64,000 nucleotides of DNA, from NCBI RefSeq assembly GCF_009914755.1, contig NC_060933.1; one strand, given 5' to 3'. The notes beneath the pieces are model-generated. The model did no database searches. It was not told the origin of the DNA and worked only from the letters and a program-made list of their open reading frames with translations. How positions within the stretch are numbered: the first letter of the stretch is position 1; every line of letters starts with the position of its first letter. The translations under genes were made by a program, and so were the position numbers. The DNA comes from the human T2T-CHM13v2.0 reference genome, Homo sapiens. This document shows positions 52,190 through 64,000 of this stretch, piece by piece.

Positions 52190-52510
52190 AAAGGTTAAGG
52201 GAGATGAGAAAATGTGGAAGAGCATGCAAACTATCTTCATGTATTTTAAAAGCTGCCATTCTTCAAACGAATGAGACTTAACCCTGTTTGGCTTCAATTG
52301 TAAACATTTGGCTAGTAGGAAAAGTCACAGAGAAGTTTGCTTTATTTTAATGAAGATAAGTTTAATGACTGAGGCTGTCTGCCAATCAAATGTGCTAAAT
52401 TCTATGAGAGTGAGTTCCCCATCACTGGAAAGATTCAAGTTGAGATTGGTGACTGCAAACGGTATTTTTTTAGCTGGAGACTAAGTTAAAGTCTCCAGGG
52501 CCCTTTTATT
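52190..52510 (+). mobile_element. L3/CR1 LINE 3' fragment
   Basis: 'gtgagttccccatcactggaaagattcaag' is a characteristic CR1/L3 3' motif. Confidence 0.6.
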
Positions 52511-53970
52511 AAAACCGTGGAGTCATCAACTCAATGTAAATAATGTAACCCATCTATAAATGTGTTCGAGTTTATAAATGAGAGGTTTGATGTAGTAGGG
52601 CATGCATACAGAAAGCTAGGGGCCAAATCCAGTCTGAAGATGTATGTCTGTTTTCCAGAATAGTGGCAGACCGTGTTATTTCCAGTTCACTCCAGTTCAA
52701 ACCATTCCCTATTGTCTTACCCTGGTGAATATTATCTATTTGCTTTAACTGCCTGACCTTGTATGATAAGAACTTAAAGTCAAGAGACTCAGTTCTGTTC
52801 CCTGGCTCTGCCAGTGTTTTGCTCTGTTACTTTGGGTTAACAATTTCCCTATCTAAGCCTCAGTGCCTTGTCTGTAAAATATGGGAGTTGGACTCAGTAA
52901 CTAAGGTCTTTGTCTGCTCTACATTCTGAGATTTATTATCATGAGAAGAAAAACTCACTCTAAAGACCTTTTTTTCTTCTGAAAAAAGCAATGACTTTCT
53001 CTGAACTCCTAGAGAGCTGTGAATGTGTATGTTGTCATTTCTAAGAAATGTAATTTGTAATCATTAATAAAAACGGATGAATCTGCCATCAGTCTTCTTG
53101 GATATTCCTGGTTTCCCAAGTTATTCCAAATAATTAAAATGAGATGAAAATATCCAAATATTGCCAATGTGTTCTCTGCTGAGATAAATGCTTTATGATG
53201 TTTGGACTCAAAATAGTGAAAGTCTCTGTTTTTTTTAACTGAACCAATTTAACTAGTGAAGGTTGGTTTGTTGGCTGTTACCACTTTTGTTACTGTTGTT
53301 CCCCTAGAGATACTAATAATTAAAAATATGAGGGAAATGACCAGAAAAAAAAAAAAAAAGAGACAAATCTCAAAGACTAATAAAAAAGTTGCGGGGAGGG
53401 GAAGGCAGTAACTGCCTGGGAACATGGTGCATGGATTCTGAAGCTTTATGTGTGAGATTCTTTTGCTCTGAAGAGCAACTCAACTGTGTCGATGGAGTCT
53501 GTTTACTAATTGTTTGACTCTGGGTGCTCACCCTGCCCTCATTACAATAAAGTCCTTCTTATCTGATGATATTGAGATCTGTAATTGTAGGTTAATGAAA
53601 AGTCAGCTAAAACAGAAGTGGGCTAGAACGCTCAGGACCAGTATACCAACTAAGAGTCTAACTTACAGAGGACATTATTCATATTTCCAAAGGAAATGGA
53701 AAGCATCCAGAAATTGATTCATTGAGAAGTCAAAGATGATCATGTTAAAACAATTTAAAAATATAGAAAATCAAATAAATAAAGATACATGCCTAAATCC
53801 ATTCAGAGACAATTGGTATTTTGGTATAAATCTATACAAGTTGGTATAAATACTTTTGGTACAAATACTTATAGAACTTTCTCTTTGCAGATATTTTTAC
53901 TTATATAGTTTACTTATGTAATACATAATATATTTTGTAATATATGTAAAGTAATATAACATATATAATA

Positions 53971-54476
53971 CGATTGATATTTGAACAATGTGGGGATTGG
54001 GGCACCTGACCACTGTGAAGTGAAAAATCCATGTATAACTTTGACTTCATCAAAACTTAACTACTAATAGCCTACTGTTGACAAGAAGCCTTACCAATAA
54101 CAAAAACAGTCAATTAACCCATATTTTGTACGTTATATGTATTATATATTGTATTCTTACAATAAAGTAAGCTACAGAAAAGCAATGTTATTAAGAAAAA
54201 TCATAAGGAAAAGCAAATATGTTTACTACTCACTATGTGGAAGTGGATCATCATAAAGGTCTTCATTCTTGTAGTCTTCACATTAAGTAAGCTACAGAGG
54301 AGGAAGAGGTGGAGTTGGTCTTGCTGTCTCAGTGGTGGCAGAGATGGAACAGGTGGAGGAGTTGGAAGGGGAAGCAGGAGAGGCAAGCACATTCAATGTA
54401 AACTTAACTGAAAAAAATCCACGTAAAAGTGGACCCACTTTTCAAACTCATGACCCTACAGTTGAAAGGTCAACTG
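53971..54476 (-). mobile_element. Tigger2a/2b-like (TcMar) DNA transposon fossil
   Basis: Reverse complement begins CAGTTGACC...GGGTCCACTTTTACGTGGATTTTTTTC; internal 'aacttaactactaatagcctactgttgac'; TA at the left flank. Confidence 0.85.
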
Positions 54477-54789
54477 TGTATGTAAACAGCTAATACAATT
54501 CAATTGCTTTATAACGTACATTTCATTGTCATAAGCATCCTTTAATAGTACTAAATACAAACACATATTATAATTTTATCAGCAATTTTATTTCCCCATT
54601 TCAAACTCCAGTTATTCCCAGTGTCACCTATGGCACACTTCTATTTTTTCAAGATTTCTACAAAGGACCTGCATTAATTTTATACTTTTAAGCACATAAT
54701 TAGTTACATAATTATGTGCTTAAAATATAAAAACAGAAAAACTAAAAACACAAACGTACTAGTAAAGGAAAAGCATAATTAGAGATTAA

Positions 54790-55030
54790 CAGTAAAATGT
54801 ATTTGGAAATCAACCATTCCTGGCTTTCAAATTTCAAACTGCCCCTATGAACTGTGTGATACTGGACAAGTTAACTAACCCATCTGACTGAGCTTCAATC
54901 ATTCCATCAAAAATAAGGGAAACAAAATAAATGTCTGAAGGTTGTTGGAAGGATTACAGAAACTAATGCTTATGCAGTGCTTTGCACAGACTGGGTACAT
55001 AATAAGTAGTTAACATACGGTAATATCATC
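54790..55030 (+). mobile_element. MIR SINE
   Basis: 'ctgtgtgatactggacaagttaactaacc'. Confidence 0.6.
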
Positions 55031-55359
55031 ATCATCAAGTTCAATGCTTTATCTGATTTTGAAAAAAATATACGTTAAAGCAATTTTTTGCATGGCAAAA
55101 AATTTCACTTTGTGTTCTGAAATTCCTGATAACAATACTTAAGAATGTCCCTTCACTCTTAGATATCATGTGTAGGGATGTTCCCTTCCATTTAAAGAAT
55201 ATATTTTTTCACAAATATAAGTAGCTATGACACTTTGAGTCCATGGTTGGTTAAGAACTATTTAGGATGATTTACAACAATAATACAAATTCAAACAAAT
55301 AGCCGGGGACTCAATTTTGCTAATGTTCCTGCAAGGGAAGAAACGTTGCCCCTATATTT

Positions 55360-56610
55360 TATTTTTAATGAAATATATTTATATTTATTGAGATATTATT
55401 AACAATATTATTCCACAATTCACCCAATTTAAGTACAAAATTTAATGGGTTTTAGTATATGCACAGGGTTGTGCAACCATTACCATGATCAATTTAAGAA
55501 CATTTTCATCACCCCCAAAGGAAGCCCATACCTATTAGAACTCACTCCTCATTTTCTCCATCATTTTGAGGAACGGTTAGACTATTTTCCAAAGTGACTG
55601 TACCATTGTACATTTCCAACAGCAGTGTGTGAGGATTTCAATTTCTCCACATATTTGCCAGCATTTACTATCTTTTTTAACTATAAACATCCTAGAGTGT
55701 GTGAAGTGATATCTCATTTTGGTTTTAATTTGCATTTATTTAATGGTTAATTATGTTGAGCATCTTTTCTTGTGCTTATTGGCCATTTGTATATCTTCAT
55801 TGGAGAAATGTAAATTTGTATCTTTCACCCACTTTTAAATTGGATTGTCTTTTAATAATTGAATTGTAAGCGTTCCTTATGTATTCCAGATACAAATCCC
55901 TTATCAAATGTATGATGTGCAAATATTTTCTCCATTCTGCAAATTGTCTCTTCACATTCTTCATGGTGTCCTTGGAAGCGTAAAGGGTTTTAGTTTTGAT
56001 GAAATACAATTTATTTTGTCACTTGTGCCTTTAATGTTGTGTTTAAGAAATTATTGACTAATCTAAGGTCACAAAGATTTATTCCTATGTTTTTTCTAAG
56101 AGTTTTGTGGTTTTAGTTCTTATATTATGGCTATGATCTATTTTGGTTAATTTATGTGTATGGCGAGAGGAAGAGGCCCAGCTTCATTCCTTTCAATGTA
56201 GATATTCAGTCATCTTAGCACCATTTGTTGAAAGAACTATTGCTTTCCCCTACTGAATTGTCCTGGCACCTTTGTCAAACATCAACTATCCAAAAATATG
56301 ATGGTTTATTTCTGGGCTCTCTATCCATTTATCTATATTTGTATCCTTATGCCTGATTACTGTCAGTTTGTGTTCAGTTTTAAAATTTAGAACATTGAGT
56401 TCTCTAGATTTTTTTTTTGTCTTTCAAGATTGTTTTGCTATGCTGAGTCACTTGCATTTCAGTATGTATTTTAAGATCAGCTTGTCAATTTCTGTAAAAA
56501 AGTCCAGTGAAATTTTGATAAGGATTGCCTTAAATCTTGATCTATATATCAGTCTTAACACTACTAAGTCTTTGAACTGAAAGCATGTTTTGTCTTTTCA
56601 TTTGTTTTTA
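55360..56610 (-). mobile_element. L1MB-like 3' portion with an internal deletion near 55560
   Basis: 'gtgcaaccattaccatgatc...ttttcatcaccccc'; 'gttgagcatcttttcttgtgcttattggccatttgtatatc'. Confidence 0.85.
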
Positions 56611-56859
56611 ATTTTTTATTTGTTAATGTGTCAACCTGTACTTACTTATGTACATATGGGTTTTGTTTTCCTATCTTATTTTGGTCTTTTTATCCTCCCA
56701 TTAAAATACGAGATCTATGAAATCAGAAAATGTACCCATCTTGTTCATTGCTTTTTCATCAGCTTTCATCATAGATCCTGTTTCATAAAGCATGTTCAAT
56801 AAGTATTTGTGAATTCAATTATTTGGTAAGACAAGAGATACCTAAAGTTTGCTCAGATA

Positions 56860-57365
56860 AAAAGTTATGACATTCTCTTGTAGTTGCTTTCCAGGAATAA
56901 AATTTTACTCAGAGAAATTCAAGACAATGGAAGGCAGAAACTCTCATGAACTCAACTTCCAGACCACATAGGAACTAGAATATTATCAGATGTCTGCATC
57001 CTCTCTCTTGCTCTTTGGGCTTACATAGCCTCCCATTCCTGCTTCTGCATATCCATATGTGCTAGTCTCTTGTCTAAGAACCAGTTTCTTTAGATTAACC
57101 ATAGTCCGTCATAGCTACTCCAAAATGTGTTTTGACCCTTGAGATCATTGGCTCTTATAGCTTCAGTGCCCATGGCTGAGTCCCTTTTTCTGGTTAGTGA
57201 TTTTAAATTCTAGAGAGAGGAAGTTTGATTGCTCCAAATAGTCAGTGGTGCTTCTCTGGGCCAGTTCTGACCAACAGGGCAGGGCTAGACAATACATAGA
57301 CTCTTTCTCTACTCTTGGTCTATAAGCAACCAAAGTTGGGAGATTGCTAGCAGTTATATGACACA
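56860..57365 (-). mobile_element. Possible very old MaLR LTR
   Basis: 'aaattctagagagaggaagtttgattgc' resembles MLT1N/M; weak similarity. Confidence 0.3.
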
Positions 57366-57420
57366 TTTTAAATTTGGGGTTTAAAATTTAAGTTTTTTAT
57401 TTAAATAATCCATGTGAATG

Positions 57421-59231
57421 AATGAACTCCCATTCACAATTGCTACAAAGAGAATAAAATACCTAGGAATATGGCTAACAAGAGATGTGAAGAACCTCTT
57501 CAAGGAAAACTACAACCCACTGCTCAAGGAAATAAAAGAGGACACAAACAAATGGAAAAACATTCCACCCTCATGGATAGAAACAATCAATATTGTGAAA
57601 TGGTGATACTGCTCAATGTAATTTATAAATTCAATGCTATTCCCATCAAACTACCATTGACACCCTTCACAGAATTAGAAAAAAAAAAACACTTTAAAAT
57701 TCATATGGAACCAAAAAAGAGCCCACATAGCCAAGACAATCCTAAACAAAAAGAACGATGCTGAAGGCATCATGCTACCAGACTTCAAACTATACTACAA
57801 GGCTATAATAACCAAAACAGCATGGCACTGGTATCAAACAGACATATAGACCAATGGAACAGAATAGAGACCTCAGAAATAAGACCACACATCTACAACC
57901 ATTTGATCTTCAACAAACCTGACAAAAACAGGCAATGGGGAGAAGATTCCCTATTTAATAAGTGGTGCTGGGAAAACTGGCTAGCCATATGCAGAAAACT
58001 AAAACTGGACCCCTTCCTTACACCTTATACAAAAATTAACTCAAGATGGAGTAAAGACTTAAATGTAAATCTCAAAACCATAAAAACCCTAGAAGAAAAC
58101 CTAGGTAATACCATTTAGGATATAGGCATGGGCAAAGATTTTATGACGAAATCACCAAAAGCAATTGCAACAAAAGCTAAAATTGACAAATGGGATCTAA
58201 TTAAACTAAAGAGCTTCTGCACAGCAAAAGAAACTATCGCAGAGCGAATAGGCAACCTACAAAATGGGAGGAAATTTTTGCAATCTACCCTTTGGACAAA
58301 GGTGTTATATCCAGAATTTACAAGGAATGAATTTACAAGAAAAAAAACAAACAACCTCATCAAAAAGTGGGCAAAGGATATGAACAGACACTTCTCAAAA
58401 GAAAACATTTACACAGCCAACAAACATATTTTAAAAAGCTCAACATCACTGATTATTAGAGAAATGTAAATCAAAACCACAATGAGATACCAGCTCATGT
58501 CAGTCAGAATGGTGATTATTAAAAAGTCAAGAAACAACAGATTCTGGCGAGGCTGTGGAGAAATAGGAACACTTTTACATTGTTGGTGAGAATGTAAATT
58601 AGTTCAACCATTGTGGAAGACAATGTGGTGATTCCTCAAGGATCTAGAACCAGAAATACCATTTGACCTAGTGATTTCATTACTGGGTATACACCCCAAG
58701 GAATATAAATCATTCTATTATAAAGATACATGCACACATATGTTTATTGCAGCATTATTCACAATAGCAAAGACATGGAACCAATCCAAATGCCATCAAT
58801 GATAGACTGGATAAGAAAATATGGTACACATACACCATGGAATTCTATGCAGCCAGAAAAAGGGATGAGATCATGTCCTTTGCAGGGACATGGATGAAGC
58901 TGGAAGCCATCATCCTCAGCAAACAATCAGAAAAACAGAAAACCAAACACTGCATGTTCTTACTCATAAGTGGGGGTTGAAGAATGAGAACACATGGACA
59001 CAGGGAGGGCAACAACACATTCCAGAAACTGTTGGGGGGTGGTGAGGAGAGAGGGAGCATCAGGGCAAACAGCTAATGCAAGTGGGGCTTAAAACCTAGG
59101 TGACGGGTTGATAGATGCAGCAAACCACCATGACCCATGTATACCTAGGTAACAAACCAGCACATTCTGCACATGTATCCCCAGACTTAAAGTAAAAAAA
59201 TCAAAAATAAATTAATAGTAAAATAAATACA
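57421..59231 (+). mobile_element. 5'-truncated L1PA8-like LINE (ORF2 C-terminal half plus 3' UTR), frameshifted
   Basis: ORF fragments encode L1 ORF2p peptides ([29 protein letters not shown]); perfect 19-bp TSD TAAATAATCCATGTGAATG at 57402-57420 and 59232-59250. Confidence 0.96.
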
Positions 59232-60999
59232 TAAATAATCCATGTGAATGGTCAAGTTCACATGGAAAGCAAGTGAGATTCGATTACCAGGTCTTCTTGC
59301 TCCCAATATACATAGTTATTCTGGGGAGAAATGGCATTCAGAATATCCTGTCCTGGGCCTTCAAGGTAGCACCCCTTTTATAAAGGGGTTTAATGTACTG
59401 GGAATGTGTTTCTGTTTCATGGACTTCTGTTTCACGTACTGGGAATCTGGCTACCATCCAGTTATGGGACATTCAGCTTAGAGAAGGTGTCTTGCCTCCT
59501 GCTGCTAAGGAAATTGCATTATTGGATTTTTAAATAAACCATTGGCCAGAATATCTAAGAGCCTTTCCTGCAGACCTTGACAGGTTTATTTTTTTTAAAT
59601 TAAAAATCCTGGCCTAGGGCTAAATGAAAATGTCTTCAGATTTGCAATCGGTGTTTATGTTTCATATTTGAAATGTACGTTGGAAGCTGGAGTTTGATGT
59701 AACCTGATCCCGGGACTCCATTCAGCAGACTGCTGACTTCTTTGAATTTAGGTGTTTTTGATGGGAACCGTCCTTGGTCATCACCAGGAGGCAGGGAAGA
59801 CACCCAATTACTCCAGTGTGTGATGGTCATGGTCATTTTCTTTCATCTTTCTCACAGACTGATTGCAGCTAGCCAGTCAAAATCCCCTACATAATTGAGA
59901 ACACAAAGGGCATATGAAAGATCTGTAACTGTGTGTAAGACCTTCTTGCCCACTGATCTAAATCAGAAGAGAATATGAATGGGTCCACACACACTCCTAT
60001 GACCAAGGGCACCAACAAATGTCAGCACCAAAGCAGCATCTTCAGAAAATGCATGAATAAGGGGTCCAGTTTATATTTTCAAATGTGACAAATTGCTCGA
60101 ATAAGGCTGTTAGTTCACATTAAAATAATAGGCACACACAGCAATGCTTTGTTAGGATTTTTCATAAAAATGTTTCAATTTTACACACGTACCTCACCAG
60201 CTGTCACGAAGGTAATGCCTCAGGGCTTGAACTAACAAATGATTATCTTCCACTGTAGGAGGGTAAATAAAACCTAATGCATGTATTTACTTTATTTACT
60301 TGTTTATTAATACCAACAACTATTAACACAGGATTCTGAACAGTATTTTTTTTCTTTCCAGGTAAAAATTCAATTTTTCGTTTAAGCTTAAGTTAGAATG
60401 TTGAAGCACGGTAAAGGTTTTGGAGGTTCCTCTCCACATATACTCCAATCCCAAACTTCATCACTGTACAAATTTGAGAAGTGAGACTCAGAATGAAGCA
60501 ACTTACCTCAATCCCTCCAATTAGTAAATAACCAAGTTAATACCCAAATTCTCATCCTCTATCTCCATATCCATTCCTGTTTTTATTATCTGTGCCATCT
60601 CTGATTTAAATCATTTCAACTCAAGGGCTTGCTCAAGGCCAGGCCCAGGGCTGGAAACTGGCCACAAACAGATAAATAAAACATAGTTCTGGCTGTCCAG
60701 GAGATCATGATCTAGGAAAGAAATAGAGAAATACTCATGACCTGATTGGAACAATAATTATGGGAGAAATTGAAAGAGTCATCAAAGAATTTCTTCCCTG
60801 AAAACTGCTGGTTTCAAACAATTTTTTTTCTTCTAGGTAATGTCTTTCCAACTTTCAAGGAAAAGATAATTCTTATACTTTATAAACTCCTCCAAGAATA
60901 GAGAAGGAGTGGAACAGCTATTTCATTCATGGTATGAAACCATCAAAAGTTGCCAAAAACAGCAGCAATAGACCTGAAGAGAAAGACTTTACAGGCTGT

Positions 61000-61505
61000 G
61001 TTTCCATCACGTAAACCAGCCCCAATCTTGGCAATGCTGAACAGACAAGATGTGGAGGCCTGAACCAAGGTCAGCCAATCCATCGCCTGGCAGTAATGAT
61101 CAGTCTCTCTCTTGAGCAGTTAGACATAAAACCAGAGAGAAGATAGTGGGTGTATGTTAGATGTTAGCACTAAGAGGACAGGTATATGTTTAGCAGCCAC
61201 TTGGCAGAAGAAAAATTCTTCTAAGAAAAAGAGGATGGAGACAAGGAGAGATTAGAGACACAAGAAATGGAGGGAAACAAAATATCATAGAGTATCATAT
61301 AGCTTCTAAAAGCCAGAGAGAGTGGCTTTGGTTTCTAGCGGCTTCCTACCTCCAGTTCTCATTAAACCAGGTTGTATCAGATTCCCGCTTCTACAGCATT
61401 GCCTGATGGTGTGCTTTCAGTCACAGCCCCTCTGCCACACAGACCAGATGCATTCATTATTCCTGTGCTATATTACAGAGGTCTCCATTCTTTGCAATAA
61501 AGATG
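61000..61505 (+). mobile_element. Possible old MaLR/ERVL LTR inserted in L1M
   Basis: 'aaccaaggtcagccaatc...ggtctccattctttgcaataaa'; it breaks L1 collinearity. Confidence 0.4.
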
Positions 61506-62176
61506 GCTTTGCTTGAATGATAATTGCTGAAAATGAGAAGACAAAATTATCATTCTTTATAAAAATATATATGTTGATATCTAGAACACTCAAGAGAATC
61601 AACTGAACAACTATTAAAACTAATAAGAGAGTACAGAAAAGAGACTGGTTACAGGATAAATACACCAAAATAATAGCATTTTTCTTCACTGGCAATAACT
61701 AGTTGGGAAGTATGATTTTAAAATATCTTATTCACAATAGCAACAGAAAACATAAAATGCCTATGAATAGCTTTAACAAGAAATATGTAAGATGCTTATG
61801 AAGAAAACCACAAAACCTTACAGTGAAATATAAAAAATACTTGGCTAAATGGGAAGATAAACAGTGTTCCTGGGCAGAAGGCCCAATTATGAAAAGAGAG
61901 TAGTTTCTTCTAAATTAACTTACAGATGTATCAGATTTTCCAACCATCTTAACAGGACTTTTAAAAAACTTAATGAGGTAATTCTGAAATTCATCCACAA
62001 TAATAATAGGTAAAAATAGCTGTCAGTTATAAAAATAATTATTAGAAAGATGTACTCTCATATATTATACAGCGTAAATAATTTTAAAATAACATTATGT
62101 TTTTGGTATAAGAATAGAAATTTAATACAACATTGAGATAATATCACAAATCTATTGAAGAAATATTATTAGATTG

Positions 62177-62392
62177 TTTTATTTATTTATTTTTTTGAGA
62201 CGGAGTCTTGCTGTGTTGCACAGGCTGGAGTGCAATAGTGTGATCTTGGCTCACTGCAACCTCCGCCTCCTGGCCTCAAGCAATCCTCCCACCTCAGTCT
62301 CCTGAGTAGCTGAAAGTACAGGCACCCATCACCATGTCTGGCTAATTTTTGTATTTTTTCTAGAGACAGGGTTTTGTCATGTTGCCCAGGCT
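62177..62392 (-). mobile_element. 5'-truncated AluJ-like SINE
   Basis: 'ctcaagcaatcctcccacc' (J diagnostic); TSD AGAAATATTATT at 62159-62170 and 62393-62404. Confidence 0.9.
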
Positions 62393-63103
62393 AGAAATAT
62401 TATTTTTAATACATGGTTATGAGCCCTTTTACCCAAAGATGAAGCCTTGGGTTGCAGGGAAACATTCCCCAATACTGTCTACTTGAAAGAATTACAGATT
62501 TATAAAAGAATTAAATGTAATATTTAAAAGCAAGAAGGAATATTGATAATTGATTATATTGAGGGGTAATTGGAAAGAGGGTAATTTTAATTTTAAAAAG
62601 TAAGAAATTATATAAAAAGAAAGATTAGATGCTACTATATGAAAATATAAAGTAGCTTTACCTAAACATCAAAGGTAAAATTGAAATACTATGGGGGAAA
62701 ACTGGAAAATTTTTAAACAAATGTAACAGAATAAGAGTTATTCTTAACATATAAAGAAAATTTATGCAATGCATTCAGATTCTAACTGATAAACAGGCTA
62801 TAAAATGCCATGAAGAGGCATTCACAAAAGAGGAAATACAAATGCTGAATAAGCATATGTTTTAAAAAGGCAACCTCGCTAGCAATTAAATAAACGCAAA
62901 TTAAAACAATGAGTTATTATCCTCACCTCTCAAATTAGCAAAACTAGAAGAAAAAAAAATCTCCAAACAGGGATCTGTGAGATAAGCACACTTCTCTGCT
63001 GCTGGGAATATAAATTTCTGCATCACTTGAAATAGCAGCTGAACAATTGCATCTGAAGATAAATACATTCAAATATTTTAAAGCTATTTATAAGATGCAA
63101 AGA

Positions 63104-63408
63104 GGCCGAGCACGGTGACTCAGGCCTGTAATCCCAGCACTTTGGGAGGCTGAGGTGGGCGGATCACCTAAGGCCAGGAGTTCGAGACTGGCCTGGCCAA
63201 CATAGCGAAACCCCATCTCTAATAAAAACACAAAAATTAGCTGGGCATGGTGGCACACACCTGTAATCCCAGCTACTCAGGAGGCTGAGGTAGGAGAATT
63301 GTTTGAATCCAGGAAGCAGGGGTTTCAGTGAGCCGAGATTGCATCACGCCACTGCACTCCAGCCTGGGTGACAGAGCAAGACTCCATTTCAAAAAAAAAA
63401 AAAAAAAA
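63104..63408 (+). mobile_element. AluS-like SINE
   Basis: Full Alu with 18-A tail; TSD-like AAGATGCAAA / AAGGTGCAAA. Confidence 0.93.
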
Positions 63409-63614
63409 GGTGCAAAAATAATTTGTAACATAGACAAAATACTCATATATATACATTGCAGACATTTGTTTGTGCACCACATGTGCACATGTTTTAATAA
63501 TAGCCTAATCAGAACCAAAAACATACTCAAATAAGAGTATTGATTAATTAAAATGGTAGTACATTTATATGATGGAAATTAGAGTACTCATTGTAAATTA
63601 GATTTGGGGAGGTT

Positions 63615-63890
63615 TTTTATTATTATAATAGCTTTATTGAGGTATAATTTTTGTAACATAAAATCTACCTATTATAAGTATGAAATTCATTTTTTTTAGT
63701 AAATTTATAGAGTTGGGCTACCACCAACACAATCTATTTTTATCCTATTTATATCACCCGAAATATTTTCTTGTGGATTTTTGCAGTTAATCCCTCTTGC
63801 ACCCTCAACCTACTGATTGGTTTCTTGTTTCTATAGAGTTGCCATTCTGGATATTTCATACCAATGGAATTATATGCTATATGGTCTTGA
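63615..63890 (-). mobile_element. L1MB-like 3' end
   Basis: 'gctttattgaggtataatt...tttagtaaatttatagagttg...ctggatatttcata'. Confidence 0.7.
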
Positions 63891-64000
63891 AGGATTCTTA
63901 ATTTTAAAAAAGTCTACATCAATACTGTATTTCCAAAATTATGAATATTCCTCCATACAAGTTATGACCTCAACTAAGTTAACACAGCAACAAAACTTGC

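Larger units (their letters stand above)
60730..63610 (+). mobile_element. Highly decayed L1M ORF2/3' fragments, interrupted by an LTR-like insert and two Alus
   Basis: 'ccaactttcaaggaaaagataattc', 'ttcacaatagcaacagaaaacataaaatgcct', 'cattcacaaaagaggaaatacaaatg'. Confidence 0.7.

Noticed and set aside
57418-58469. ORFs with recognisable protein motifs
   Set aside because: They are frameshifted L1 ORF2p fragments inside a truncated L1PA, not a cellular gene.
60021-60037. Second RE1-like site GTCAGCACCAAAGCAGC
   Set aside because: Only the left half-site matches; GGACAG is absent.

Overview
This is primate (human-like) genomic DNA: it carries AluJ/S/Y, L1PA, L1M, L2, MIR, CR1, MaLR/ERVL LTRs and hAT/Tigger fossils. 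I cannot support any cellular protein-coding exon; the listed ORFs are repeat-derived or chance. The window starts at the trailing edge of a CpG-rich promoter-like region and has a near-perfect REST/NRSF RE1 element at 1212-1232. It is therefore most likely a long intron or the flank of a neuron-restricted gene, which I cannot name. The rest is a repeat mosaic with several repeat-free, motif-dense islands that are candidate enhancers. The most notable observations are: (1) the RE1 site; (2) a 52-bp, 51/52-identical copy of 30075-30126 inserted without a TSD into a MIR at 23322-23373 (candidate templated repair insertion); (3) an MLT2A1 LTR nested in an MST LTR with DUX4-type motifs; (4) a short L1PA insertion with a candidate 3' transduction; (5) two AG|GT recursive-splice-like motifs near 60.4 and 60.8 kb. 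I see no convincing evidence of a new multi-gene biological system. Repeat subfamily names come from visual recall of consensus features, and boundaries of old repeats are approximate.
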